Origin: Escherichia phage a48
Sequence record: OQ067375.1
Length of the DNA: 64,000 bases
Strand: one strand, 5' to 3'
The notes below the pieces were generated by a model. The model saw only the letters and a program-made list of their open reading frames with translations, made no database searches and was not told the origin of the DNA. This document shows positions 33,467 through 41,822 of this stretch, piece by piece. How positions within the stretch are numbered: position 1 is the first letter of the stretch; every line of letters begins with the position of its first letter. A program made the translations under genes and the position numbers.

Positions 33467-34123
33467 ATGGCAGCACCTAGAATATCATTTTCGCCCTCTG
33501 ATATTCTGTTTGGTGTTCTAGATCGCTTGTTCAAAGATAACGCTACCGGGAAGGTTCTTGCTTCCCGAGTAGCTGTCGTAATTCTTTTATTTATGATGGC
33601 GATTGTTTGGTATAGGGGAGATAGTTTCTTTGAGTACTATAAGCAATCAAAGTATGAAACATACAGTGAAATTATTGAAAAGGAAAGAAATGCACGCTTT
33701 GAATCTGTCGCCCTGGAACAACTCCAGATAGTTCATATATCATCTGAGGCAGACTTTAGTGCGGTGTATTCTTTCCGCCCTAAAAACTTAAACTATTTTG
33801 TTGATATTATAGCATATGAAGGAAAATTACCTTCAACAATAAGTGAAAAATCACTTGGAGGATATCCTGTTGATAAAACTATGGATGAATATACAGTTCA
33901 TTTAAATGGACGTCATTATTATTCCGACTCAAAATTTGCTTTTTTACCAACTAAAAAGCCTACTCCCGAAATAAACTACATGTACAGTTGTCCATATTTT
34001 AATTTGGATAATATCTATGCTGGAACGATAACCATGTACTGGTATAGAAATGATCATATAAGTAATGACCGCCTTGAATCAATATGTGCTCAGGCGGCCA
34101 GAATATTAGGAAGGGCTAAATAA
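33467..34123 (+). CDS. t: holin T
   Basis: 218-aa ORF with single N-terminal TMD (VAVVILLFMMAIVW) and large periplasmic domain; position after 38. Confidence 0.9.
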   Translation: MAAPRISFSPSDILFGVLDRLFKDNATGKVLASRVAVVILLFMMAIVWYRGDSFFEYYKQSKYETYSEIIEKERNARFESVALEQLQIVHISSEADFSAVYSFRPKNLNYFVDIIAYEGKLPSTISEKSLGGYPVDKTMDEYTVHLNGRHYYSDSKFAFLPTKKPTPEINYMYSCPYFNLDNIYAGTITMYWYRNDHISNDRLESICAQAARILGRAK

Positions 34124-34396
34124 TTATTTGTTCGTATACATTTCTAGATATCGATATACACCCTCAAAACCCTCGTTGAATTCATCGATGAGGGTTTTCT
34201 TATCTTCTTGGGTTAATTCAGAAACAATTTTACGGAATAAATTCTGATTTAATTTTCTACCTTCATGCGTTACTCCAATCTCATTCAGAAATGCAATAAA
34301 ATTAGCACGATTTTCAACAATATCTTCTCTGGAAAATTTAATCAAAATAGATGCAACAGTAATAATTTCACGAACTGTATCAATGTTTTTATTCAT
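34124..34396 (-). CDS. asiA: anti-sigma70 factor AsiA
   Basis: 90-aa ORF MNKNIDTVREIITVASILIKFSREDIVENRANFIAFLNEIG... convergent with t. Confidence 0.9.
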   Translation of the reverse strand: MNKNIDTVREIITVASILIKFSREDIVENRANFIAFLNEIGVTHEGRKLNQNLFRKIVSELTQEDKKTLIDEFNEGFEGVYRYLEMYTNK

Positions 34397-34427
34397 TAAC
34401 TATACCACTCAATTAGTTGACTTTGTT

Positions 34428-34457
34428 ATAATATCATCAGACACTTGATTTGTAAAC
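34428..34457 (-). promoter_or_regulatory. T-even early-type promoter upstream of asiA
   Basis: -35 GTTTAC (34457..34452), 18-bp spacer, -10 TATTAT (34433..34428). Confidence 0.5.
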
Positions 34458-34557
34458 TGGTCTGTGTTATTTTCTTCAAAAATTTTTTCTACGAATTCCT
34501 TGAACGACTCACGTTCCTGAGCTGCATTATGCTCGATTACCATTTCAAGATTATGAC

Positions 34558-34836
34558 TCATTCGAAATAATCTTCAATTTCGTAATCATGGACATAAATC
34601 ATTATAGTTTTTAATATATCATCAATACTTTTTCCTGGAGCTGGAATTACGTAAAAATATCCTGCTTTTGAGAGGTCTTTATAAGTTCCAATCAAGAAAT
34701 CGTTATTCTCAAGATGTAGTTCTTCAACTAATTCATTGACAATTGAATGGTATAAATTTGGTAGAAACTTATATAGCTTTTCTAGAATATCAATTTTGAT
34801 TGTATATTGAACCACAGATTGAGAATCAATAATCAT
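34558..34836 (-). CDS. arn: Arn anti-restriction (McrBC inhibitor) protein
   Basis: 92-aa acidic ORF MIIDSQSVVQYTIKIDILEKLYKFL... at T4 arn position. Confidence 0.8.
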   Translation of the reverse strand: MIIDSQSVVQYTIKIDILEKLYKFLPNLYHSIVNELVEELHLENNDFLIGTYKDLSKAGYFYVIPAPGKSIDDILKTIMIYVHDYEIEDYFE

Positions 34837-34919
34837 AGACCTTCCCCTTATGTTTCTGTTTGCGATTAGATTCTTTAAACACTTTCTTCTTATCCTTATG
34901 AACAGAAGCTTTATTAAAA

Positions 34920-35138
34920 TTATGCTTTGCGACTAAATTGTTCATAGTGCTGAATTACCTCTCTTAAACATTTGCATGTGAATGAAAACTTTTTAGCTAC
35001 ACCACATTCAAATATATGTTCTCTTAAATCACGTGTATCAGTATATCCCATCTCAACAATAAAATGCCTTATTAGATTTTTATCTTTATCATTGAGAGAA
35101 TTAAAATAATCAGATTTTGAATTAATTTCCCTGGCCAA
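34920..35138 (-). CDS. hypothetical protein
   Basis: 72-aa ORF with CxxC...C...C pattern. Confidence 0.45.
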   Translation of the reverse strand: MAREINSKSDYFNSLNDKDKNLIRHFIVEMGYTDTRDLREHIFECGVAKKFSFTCKCLREVIQHYEQFSRKA

Positions 35139-35418
35139 ATTGAATCACCTTCAGTTGACGTTTTAGCTCTTTTATCATCTCTTCGTTCATCGCAATATAA
35201 AGATCGCGTAAAGCAGGTTTTATCATTCCATTTATTGGGGAACTAAATGGGCATACATAATCTTTTCCTACGAGCTTTTTAGTGAATTCCATATCACAAA
35301 ACTGAAATGCAGGTTCATTTGTATAAATTCCCCAATTAGTTGACATCATTTTATTGGCATATTCCAACGCCTGGATTTGATTCTTAATTCCATCAATTTG
35401 AAACTTTTTAATATTCAT
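35122..35418 (-). CDS. hypothetical protein
   Basis: 98-aa ORF. Confidence 0.45.
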   Translation of the reverse strand: MNIKKFQIDGIKNQIQALEYANKMMSTNWGIYTNEPAFQFCDMEFTKKLVGKDYVCPFSSPINGMIKPALRDLYIAMNEEMIKELKRQLKVIQFGQGN

Positions 35419-35885
35419 TAGTAAAGGTCCTCAGAGTAAAGTTCTTTTTCACTACCACCACGTTCAATACGCACTTGTCCAGCGTAAGTTGCAATAATCA
35501 TTGCTTCTTCACGTGTCCAGTAATTGCTATACTGGTCAATAAATCCTTGGTCTTCACCACAAACATGGTCTGATACAAGTTTATCACTTACCTGGTCAAG
35601 AACTTCAGCCATATCTTTAGAATAATGACGAGCACCAGGAATAACCAGAGTCCCACCATCTTTTAACTTAAAGCGGTTGGCTGCACACACAATTCGACGT
35701 TGATATTTTTCATTATTGTTCCAATGAGCTACTTGCCAACAGATTTCAGGAACCTCTTCTAAAACATCCTCTTCCGTATATTCGGTGTAGTCGCCATAGG
35801 CCTGTAATTTAGCTGCTAGACTTTCTGGAGTTTCACGTAATAAAGCCAGGTCTAATAATTCAAGACGCTCTTTGAAGGTTTTCAT
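35418..35885 (-). CDS. hypothetical protein
   Basis: 155-aa ORF, ATGA-coupled. Confidence 0.45.
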   Translation of the reverse strand: MKTFKERLELLDLALLRETPESLAAKLQAYGDYTEYTEEDVLEEVPEICWQVAHWNNNEKYQRRIVCAANRFKLKDGGTLVIPGARHYSKDMAEVLDQVSDKLVSDHVCGEDQGFIDQYSNYWTREEAMIIATYAGQVRIERGGSEKELYSEDLY

Positions 35886-36037
35886 TTGGTTTCCTCAACA
35901 CTTTTAATTTTTATAGCTTGTTTAGAACTTTCAAAGCATTGACAATATACTCTTACCGCATCAAACTGGTTGGCCGCTTTAAGATGGACTACACCTTCGC
36001 CGTTATAAAATTCTACGACAATTTTAAATGTTTTCAT
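35882..36037 (-). CDS. hypothetical small protein (50 aa)
   Basis: Unlisted [54 protein letters not shown]; ATGA overlaps at both ends. Confidence 0.35.
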   Translation of the reverse strand: MKTFKIVVEFYNGEGVVHLKAANQFDAVRVYCQCFESSKQAIKIKSVEETK

Positions 36038-36363
36038 TTAAACCATCCTTTAATACGTTGCCATAAAGTTTTCTGTTGAGCTTTGTTAACACCAATTGAA
36101 CGAATAACTGGTTGAGATTCCTGAAATTCTTTATAATCAGCAAGGTAAATTTCGTAAGCTGCATCCGTAAATGAACTTATCGCTGCCATAAAATTATTGC
36201 GAATACCTACTGGAGCATCTTTACTTTCACGAATAATCATGTATTTACCAGTCTTAATCTTTACGATAGTTCCAAGATAAGCTCCATGGTACCAGATGTC
36301 CCAACCCTCTTGAGTAGGTTCTACACAACGACGAAGTTCATTGACAATTTCTAACTTGTTCAT
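36034..36363 (-). CDS. hypothetical protein (motA.1 position)
   Basis: 109-aa ORF directly downstream of motA. Confidence 0.45.
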   Translation of the reverse strand: MNKLEIVNELRRCVEPTQEGWDIWYHGAYLGTIVKIKTGKYMIIRESKDAPVGIRNNFMAAISSFTDAAYEIYLADYKEFQESQPVIRSIGVNKAQQKTLWQRIKGWFK

Positions 36364-36373
36364 TATTTATTCC

Positions 36374-37009
36374 TCACAGTTCAGATGCTACAGTGATTAC
36401 AGCTTCAATGTTTTCTGCCGAGCGTTTAATGTCAAGATACACATTACCGTTTTTAGCGATTTTACATGACATTCCGATATCAGTAAATTTCTGAATATGA
36501 TGTTCCATCATTTTGTATCCAAAAATTCGCATATTTCCATTATTGTTAATTTCAAAATTACGAATTCCGTGAGTGCGTTTTTCTAAAATGGCAAGATAAT
36601 TACTACGATAAGTTTCAACCTTTTTAAGAACAAATCCATTTTCATCTAAAAGTTTTAACATGAGGTCTTTATCTTCTTCCATATCAGAAGTAATTTCGCG
36701 AGCTTTACGAGTTGCTCGTTTTTTTAGCAGTTCCGGAGCGTTTTCCTGTGCGTATAAAGTTGCTGCATTTGAAATAATATCCTGAGCTTCACCAGTAATG
36801 ATTAATCCATCACCAGATTTCTCCACCAGGCCTTTTTTAATCAATACCCCAATATTACTATTAACTACTGCATTACCTAAATCTGGATGCACCTCACGAA
36901 CTTCTGCGGCTGTAATGAAATCTTTCTTAGCAATGGTAATTAAAATCGCAGCAGTTTTTTCATTCAGAACATCGTTAGAAGCTTTGATGATGTAAGTTAC
37001 TTTAGACAT
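36374..37009 (-). CDS. motA: MotA middle-transcription activator
   Basis: 211-aa ORF MSKVTYIIKASNDVLNEKTAAILITIAKKDFITAAEVREVHPDLGNAVVNSN... Confidence 0.9.
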   Translation of the reverse strand: MSKVTYIIKASNDVLNEKTAAILITIAKKDFITAAEVREVHPDLGNAVVNSNIGVLIKKGLVEKSGDGLIITGEAQDIISNAATLYAQENAPELLKKRATRKAREITSDMEEDKDLMLKLLDENGFVLKKVETYRSNYLAILEKRTHGIRNFEINNNGNMRIFGYKMMEHHIQKFTDIGMSCKIAKNGNVYLDIKRSAENIEAVITVASEL

Positions 37010-37046
37010 TTTAATCTCCGTTTCAGTTCATTTATTTGATAGTTGT

Positions 37047-37076
37047 ATAGTACCATAAAGCTTTATGCTTGTAAAC
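37047..37076 (-). promoter_or_regulatory. T-even early-type promoter for motA
   Basis: -35 GTTTAC (37076..37071), 18-bp spacer, -10 TACTAT (37052..37047). Confidence 0.55.
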
Positions 37077-37096
37077 CGTTTTGTGAAAAAAATTTT

Positions 37097-37127
37097 AAAA
37101 TAAAAAAGGGAGAGCCGAGGCTCTCCC
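37097..37127 (-). terminator. rho-independent terminator downstream of gene 52 cluster
   Basis: GGGAGAGCC/GGCTCTCCC stem followed on minus strand by TTTTTTATTTT. Confidence 0.6.
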
Positions 37128-37132
37128 TAAAA

Positions 37133-37282
37133 TTACTGCATGACTGTGATAACTGTCATGATAACACGTTGAATTCCGAACGCAAGAAGACCTCCTGCTA
37201 CGGCTGGAACAACGCCTAAACCCGTCAGTAAAATGCTACCAGATACTAATGCAGCGCTTGTAATACCAATGAATGGACTCAT
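37133..37282 (-). CDS. small hydrophobic membrane peptide (49 aa)
   Basis: Unlisted ORF MSPFIGITSAALVSGSILLTGLGVVPAVAGGLLAFGIQRVIMTVITVMQ; ATGA overlap with gene 52 stop. Confidence 0.4.
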   Translation of the reverse strand: MSPFIGITSAALVSGSILLTGLGVVPAVAGGLLAFGIQRVIMTVITVMQ

Positions 37283-38607
37283 TTGATTTCCTCTAAATCT
37301 TTGGTGTATTCGGTAACTACATCAGTAGTTTTCCAATATTCGTTTTCTTCTTTTTTAGCTTTAGCTTCTTCAGCAAGTTTCTTTGCTTCGTCGGAAGTCA
37401 TATGAAAAATATTCATTCCGACTAGTTTATCAACATAAGAAGAATACATATCAATTTTAGAAAGTTCTTCGGTCAGTTCTTTGCGAGTTTTACCCTGCAC
37501 AACAATTTCACCTGAAATTACTTTCTTAATGAAATGTGCCTTGGCAAAGGCTAAACGAAATGCTGATTCAGTTTCTTTGATTTTGTTATCAATTCGTTTT
37601 TGGACATAAGTTTTACGAACTTCAACAAAGTCTTTAATTAAATCAACTACGTTATCGTAAACTTGCAGCTTTCCTTTCTCATTAATGACTGTAATATTCT
37701 GAGAACGACGCTCAATCAGTCCGAAGTCTTTCATAATTTTTGCATGGCGTTCTTCTTCATTATCGCTCAAAGAGTATTCTTTTCGGAATTTAACTTTGAA
37801 TCCAAAACCATGCTCACCACAAGCATCATCCCATGTAATGAAGCCTTTATCTTCAAGTGGGTCTAAGATTTTACTCACATAAGTTTCACGATCATACTTA
37901 TACGGAATCTCAGTGATATGCATTTGAGTTCGTGAAGTAAACTTATATGTTCCACGAATTTCATATTGCCCATCAATTTCAACGACTTCACCACGAAATT
38001 CTGGGAATTCTACCTTCGGTTTAGTTACTTTCTTTCCTTGAAGAGCTTGCAGTACAGCTTTCTTAACAGAAGAAACACTATGAGGAAGAATGTAAGTTGC
38101 ATAACCAGTTGCAATACCGGAAACGCCATTAAGAAGAACAGTAGGAATAACAGGCAAATAGAAAGCAGGCGGAATGTGTTCTTTATCTTGATGTACCGGA
38201 GCATATTCAGTATCTTTATATACGTTATAGAAATTTTTACTTACACGAGCAAAAATATAACGACTTGCTGCTGCCTTTTGGACAGTACGAGAACCAAAGT
38301 TTCCTTGACCGTCTAACAGAGGAAAGTTATTATTCCAAGTGTTAGCCATCAAAGCACCTGCGTCTTGCGCAGAGTTTTCACCATGATGATATCCAAGGTC
38401 CGCTACACCACCTGCGATAGAAGCGAGCTTATGAAACTTATCTTTATTTCCTCGTGCCAAATCAAGAGCTCGAGCAATAACAAATCGTTGAACTGGCTTA
38501 AATCCGTCAATCATATTTGGAATGGCACGATTTTCAACCGTGTACATAGCATAAGCCAATGCTTCATTATCAATGATACTTTTTAAATCACGATTATTCA
38601 GTTGCAT
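37279..38607 (-). CDS. 52: gp52 DNA topoisomerase II medium subunit
   Basis: 442-aa ORF MQLNNRDLKSIIDNEALAYAMYTVENRAIPNMIDGFKPVQRFV... GyrA-like breakage-reunion domain. Confidence 0.9.
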   Translation of the reverse strand: MQLNNRDLKSIIDNEALAYAMYTVENRAIPNMIDGFKPVQRFVIARALDLARGNKDKFHKLASIAGGVADLGYHHGENSAQDAGALMANTWNNNFPLLDGQGNFGSRTVQKAAASRYIFARVSKNFYNVYKDTEYAPVHQDKEHIPPAFYLPVIPTVLLNGVSGIATGYATYILPHSVSSVKKAVLQALQGKKVTKPKVEFPEFRGEVVEIDGQYEIRGTYKFTSRTQMHITEIPYKYDRETYVSKILDPLEDKGFITWDDACGEHGFGFKVKFRKEYSLSDNEEERHAKIMKDFGLIERRSQNITVINEKGKLQVYDNVVDLIKDFVEVRKTYVQKRIDNKIKETESAFRLAFAKAHFIKKVISGEIVVQGKTRKELTEELSKIDMYSSYVDKLVGMNIFHMTSDEAKKLAEEAKAKKEENEYWKTTDVVTEYTKDLEEIK

Positions 38608-38611
38608 AAAT

Positions 38612-38752
38612 TTACCATACTAGTGAATGTAGTGCCATAATAACATCAGAAATGAAAAGCACGACTTGAATTAATCCGAACATTATTCCGTAATATAATG
38701 CTATCAATAAAATAGCAAGGGCTAATGAATAGCCCAAGATTTTCTTAATCAT
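38612..38752 (-). CDS. small hydrophobic membrane peptide (46 aa)
   Basis: Unlisted ORF MIKKILGYSLALAILLIALYYGIMFGLIQVVLFISDVIMALHSLVW; stop 5 nt before gene 52 ATG. Confidence 0.4.
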   Translation of the reverse strand: MIKKILGYSLALAILLIALYYGIMFGLIQVVLFISDVIMALHSLVW

Positions 38753-38903
38753 TAGTAGATAACAACACAAATGTTAAATATGCACACATACCCTGAGCTA
38801 AAGCTTGCGAAAACACACTGCTGGCATCAATCAGGATAGTTAAAACACATGCTACTATCCAACAAATAAATGAAATAACTCCTAATAATTTTGCGATATT
38901 CAT
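38745..38903 (-). CDS. small hydrophobic membrane peptide (52 aa), Ac-like
   Basis: Unlisted ORF MNIAKLLGVISFICWIVACVLTILIDASSVFSQALAQGMCAYLTFVLLSTND; size and position (between stp and 52) fit recalled T4 ac. Confidence 0.45.
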   Translation of the reverse strand: MNIAKLLGVISFICWIVACVLTILIDASSVFSQALAQGMCAYLTFVLLSTND

Positions 38904-38910
38904 ATTTTCC

Positions 38911-38991
38911 TCACTGGCGTCCGAAGACGCCTTTAGTTTTAAGATTATTACGATAGAACTGCATCACATGTTCGTTATGGAAATTACTCAT
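38911..38991 (-). CDS. stp: Stp 26-residue peptide
   Basis: Unlisted [29 protein letters not shown]; ATG overlaps ndd stop (TAATG); length and position as recalled for T4 Stp. Confidence 0.7.
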
Positions 38992-39449
38992 TAATATGCC
39001 TGCAAAACAAATTTAAAGTTATCAGCCAACATACGGTTCATTTCTTCAAGTGTTTGATACTCAGAATGATGATTACGAGTAAACGCTAAAGCTAACTGTC
39101 CTTTTCCAAATCCCGTCGTCAGAGGTTTCATCTTAGAAGCAGGCAGATAAAATACTGTGTATACCATATTGTTATTTGCAATAGTACGTGCAAGCTGAGA
39201 CCGACGTTGACGAATATGACTTAGAACTGCACTGAATCCTTGCTTAGAACGCTGATTACCTACATAAAATCGTGCAGACACACATGGATTACTAAATGGA
39301 CGACCATCTAATTTACTTACTAAAAAATAAAATCCAGGTTTAGATAAAATATCTTTATGCGGAGTTCCCAAAAACCACTCACCACCCTTGATTGTACCAA
39401 TAACAGTAGCGCCTGCATTATTCAGATCAGTAACAGTCATGTATTTCAT
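38991..39449 (-). CDS. ndd: Ndd nucleoid-disruption protein
   Basis: Trimmed to [33 protein letters not shown]... (152 aa) with SD AGAGGAAA. Confidence 0.8.
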
Positions 39450-39507
39450 ATTAATTTCCTCTAAATTATTTTCTACTCCAAGGCCACATGAATACGCGGC
39501 CATTAAA

Positions 39508-39723
39508 TTAATCGTCGCAGTCGACGCTCAATTCCCAAAACTCTTCTACTGTATAAGTTTCAGTATCATTTTCAATACAGAAACGTTCATTACTATTATT
39601 TGCTAAAGTAGCATTAACTGTCGGTTTCTCGCTAGTGCTCTTAAGAGGTGAAATACGAATTAACTGATCACCGTTATCTAAACAGAAAATTTCACCAACT
39701 TTTACATCTTTAAAACTTTTCAT
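39508..39723 (-). CDS. hypothetical protein
   Basis: 71-aa ORF. Confidence 0.45.
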
Positions 39724-39731
39724 AATTCACC

Positions 39732-39839
39732 TCAAGGAGTATAAAATCCAAATGCAGTTGTTGACCATCCCATCCAATATGGGAAATTTGCACCAATGTA
39801 AAACATGAGAATATAAAACCAACCACTCAGCAAATTCAT
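39732..39839 (-). CDS. small aromatic/hydrophobic peptide (35 aa)
   Basis: Unlisted ORF MNLLSGWFYILMFYIGANFPYWMGWSTTAFGFYTP; ATGA overlap upstream. Confidence 0.3.
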   Translation of the reverse strand: MNLLSGWFYILMFYIGANFPYWMGWSTTAFGFYTP

Positions 39840-40057
39840 CATTTTACACCATTCCAAATTGTTTCAACCACAGATTTTAAACCATTTTGATGAATATCCA
39901 TTCCGACTACCGCCATCAAATAGATTCCAACTACAACTGAACCTAAGGCAAAAATCAGCATGAAAATGAATAAAGCCGGAAAAATATTATCGAAAAACCA
40001 TTCAATAAATGTAAAAGCACTGCGTTTACGCTTCATATTTTCCTCACATAAATCCAA
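39839..40057 (-). CDS. small membrane protein
   Basis: 72-aa ORF with hydrophobic core FPALFIFMLIFALGSVVVGIYLMAVVG. Confidence 0.4.
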   Translation of the reverse strand: MDLCEENMKRKRSAFTFIEWFFDNIFPALFIFMLIFALGSVVVGIYLMAVVGMDIHQNGLKSVVETIWNGVK

Positions 40058-40157
40058 AGTAAACGTTTAATACATCAATCATTAAAACGATTGGGAATAT
40101 GCTCAAAACTATTAGTATTATAACTACATTCCATATAGCTTTAATAATCTTTTTCAT
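40044..40157 (-). CDS. small membrane peptide (37 aa)
   Basis: Track ORF trimmed to ATG 40157..40155 (MKKIIKAIWNVVIILIVLSIFPIVLMIDVLNVYFGFM); upstream part is translated promoter. Confidence 0.35.
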   Translation of the reverse strand: MKKIIKAIWNVVIILIVLSIFPIVLMIDVLNVYFGFM

Positions 40158-40185
40158 TTTCTGTTCCTCCGTAGTTGATAGGGTA

Positions 40186-40215
40186 ATAGTACCACGGAAG
40201 AACAGTCTTGTAAAC
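40186..40215 (-). promoter_or_regulatory. T-even early-type promoter
   Basis: -35 GTTTAC (40215..40210), 18-bp spacer, -10 TACTAT (40191..40186). Confidence 0.5.
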
Positions 40216-40222
40216 AACTTTT

Positions 40223-40321
40223 TTAAAAATATTCGTAATAAATGTGAATACCAACTACTACCGCTGAAACCTGTGCAACCCACCACGCACAAGCAATAAG
40301 TACAGAATTTAAAATTTTCAT
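40223..40321 (-). CDS. small hydrophobic peptide (32 aa)
   Basis: Unlisted ORF MKILNSVLIACAWWVAQVSAVVVGIHIYYEYF. Confidence 0.3.
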   Translation of the reverse strand: MKILNSVLIACAWWVAQVSAVVVGIHIYYEYF

Positions 40322-40404
40322 AATAACCTCATTACAAAAGTAAATGTTAAACAAATTACTGGAATACTAATTAACCAAACAAAACACCACCACAGTGAAC
40401 TCAT
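40318..40404 (-). CDS. small hydrophobic peptide (28 aa)
   Basis: Unlisted ORF MSSLWWCFVWLISIPVICLTFTFVMRLL; ATGA overlaps at both ends. Confidence 0.3.
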   Translation of the reverse strand: MSSLWWCFVWLISIPVICLTFTFVMRLL

Positions 40405-40664
40405 AGTTCAATCTCAGCGATTTTCATTTCATTACTATTAATAGCCTCTTTAAGACTATCTGAAAGAATTACATTCCAGTGGTCATTCATATGACCATTA
40501 ACTAAGCGTGTAATTTCTTCAGGAGTTGAAAAATAAGGCTGATCAGACTCCCAATGCGATAATCCTAAGCGAGTATAAATCATGCCTTCATCATCGCTAG
40601 AATATTCAACTGACACAAACTCATCAGTTATTTTATGCTTAGCATAATAAAATTTAAATTTCAT
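40401..40664 (-). CDS. hypothetical protein
   Basis: Track ORF trimmed to ATG 40664..40662 (MKFKFYYAKHKITDEF...); upstream part is translated promoter. Confidence 0.45.
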   Translation of the reverse strand: MKFKFYYAKHKITDEFVSVEYSSDDEGMIYTRLGLSHWESDQPYFSTPEEITRLVNGHMNDHWNVILSDSLKEAINSNEMKIAEIEL

Positions 40665-40698
40665 TTTACTCTCCAAATCCGTATTAGTTGATAGTTGT

Positions 40699-40728
40699 AT
40701 AGTACCACGGTCCTTGTGGTATGTAAAC
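40699..40728 (-). promoter_or_regulatory. T-even early-type promoter
   Basis: -35 GTTTAC (40728..40723), 18-bp spacer, -10 TACTAT (40704..40699). Confidence 0.5.
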
Positions 40729-40744
40729 CGTTTTGTGAAAATTT

Positions 40745-41302
40745 TTAAATGGAAAGATACCATCCGTTGTAGTTGCTTTTTCTTACAACCTTACGAAGGT
40801 CTTCTCTATCACCGATGAACTTCGGAGTGTACTGGATGACACCTGGGTGAATTTCTTTAGTGTTGAATATAATTATACAGTCAGCGACCTGATGATTCAG
40901 AATGGGCCCTAGATTTATTCCAGAACCGTATGGATACTCTCCGCTGCATCCTGTTGTTACAGAAATCCAACGCGAGTCAGTTTGATGTGTCTTAACTTCT
41001 ACACGAAGCCCGCAGTATCTTGGATGCGCCAATACATCCCATGCGTATGTATACGGGTCATTAACATCCTCTTGGCCTTTGTTAACATACCCGTTTAGCC
41101 AATCTGCTACAAAAAACTCTGCGTACACCGCGATACGACATCTTTCAATAACTTCTGCTTTATCCTGGTTCGGGTTTTGTTTTAAAGAGTATCTTGCTGT
41201 ATCAGCAATTTTGACCTTCATTTCACTAGTCAAGTCACTGTTCGATAGGGTAAATGTCGGAATCTGAAATAGTCTCTGTAACCCCGGATTCGTTTTCTGC
41301 AT
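40745..41302 (-). CDS. denB: endonuclease IV
   Basis: 185-aa ORF at T4 denB position downstream of rIIB; size matches recalled DenB; true start may be internal (see findings). Confidence 0.75.
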   Translation of the reverse strand: MQKTNPGLQRLFQIPTFTLSNSDLTSEMKVKIADTARYSLKQNPNQDKAEVIERCRIAVYAEFFVADWLNGYVNKGQEDVNDPYTYAWDVLAHPRYCGLRVEVKTHQTDSRWISVTTGCSGEYPYGSGINLGPILNHQVADCIIIFNTKEIHPGVIQYTPKFIGDREDLRKVVRKSNYNGWYLSI

Positions 41303-41564
41303 TTAAACTTTCCTTTTTACCACTAAGATAAGCGTTATACACTTTAAGAGTACCATAGTAAATTCGATCATTTTCATCTAAAGAATTACGATCAAGTTCA
41401 TCGAGATTCTTTTTGCCCATGACTATAACATCATTGCAGTAAAGAACTCCAAGTTTTTCATGCCCAAACTCGAATTTATTGCAGTACACAATATTAGCGT
41501 AATGATTACCATGTAGAGAAATTTCTTTTATGTCGGTGTCACCGATATTCATACAATAAATCAT
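41235..41564 (-). CDS. hypothetical protein
   Basis: 109-aa ORF; 3' end overlaps the 5' end of the denB ORF by 68 nt. Confidence 0.4.
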   Translation of the reverse strand: MIYCMNIGDTDIKEISLHGNHYANIVYCNKFEFGHEKLGVLYCNDVIVMGKKNLDELDRNSLDENDRIYYGTLKVYNAYLSGKKESLNAENESGVTETISDSDIYPIEQ

Positions 41565-41573
41565 AATTTACCT

Positions 41574-41595
41574 TAAAACAAAAGGGCCGAAGCCC
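41574..41595 (-). terminator. GC tetraloop hairpin with U-run (putative terminator)
   Basis: GGGCTTCGGCCC hairpin followed on minus strand by TTTTGTTTT. Confidence 0.45.
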
Positions 41596-41599
41596 TTAT

Positions 41600-41794
41600 T
41601 TATTTGAATTGTTCAATTCTTTTCTCTAGACATTCAGCATAAGATTTCATTGAGATGAACTGTGAAAGTAGCAATTCTTGCTCAACTGCACTAACTGTTA
41701 GAAACTTTGCGCTTTCTAAAAATTTGCTCAGTGCATTAATTTTGAGCATTAATTGATCGTATTCTTCTTTTACTCGTGCTTGATAACCTAACAT
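41600..41794 (-). CDS. hypothetical protein
   Basis: 64-aa ORF directly downstream of rIIB. Confidence 0.45.
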   Translation of the reverse strand: MLGYQARVKEEYDQLMLKINALSKFLESAKFLTVSAVEQELLLSQFISMKSYAECLEKRIEQFK

Positions 41795-41822
41795 AATTTT
41801 CCTTAGTTAAGGGCCGAAGCCC

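Noticed and set aside
34409-34561. 50-aa minus ORF between arn and asiA
   Set aside because: It runs through the asiA early promoter; could be real (ATGA-coupled to arn) but equally could be a read-through artefact, so not called
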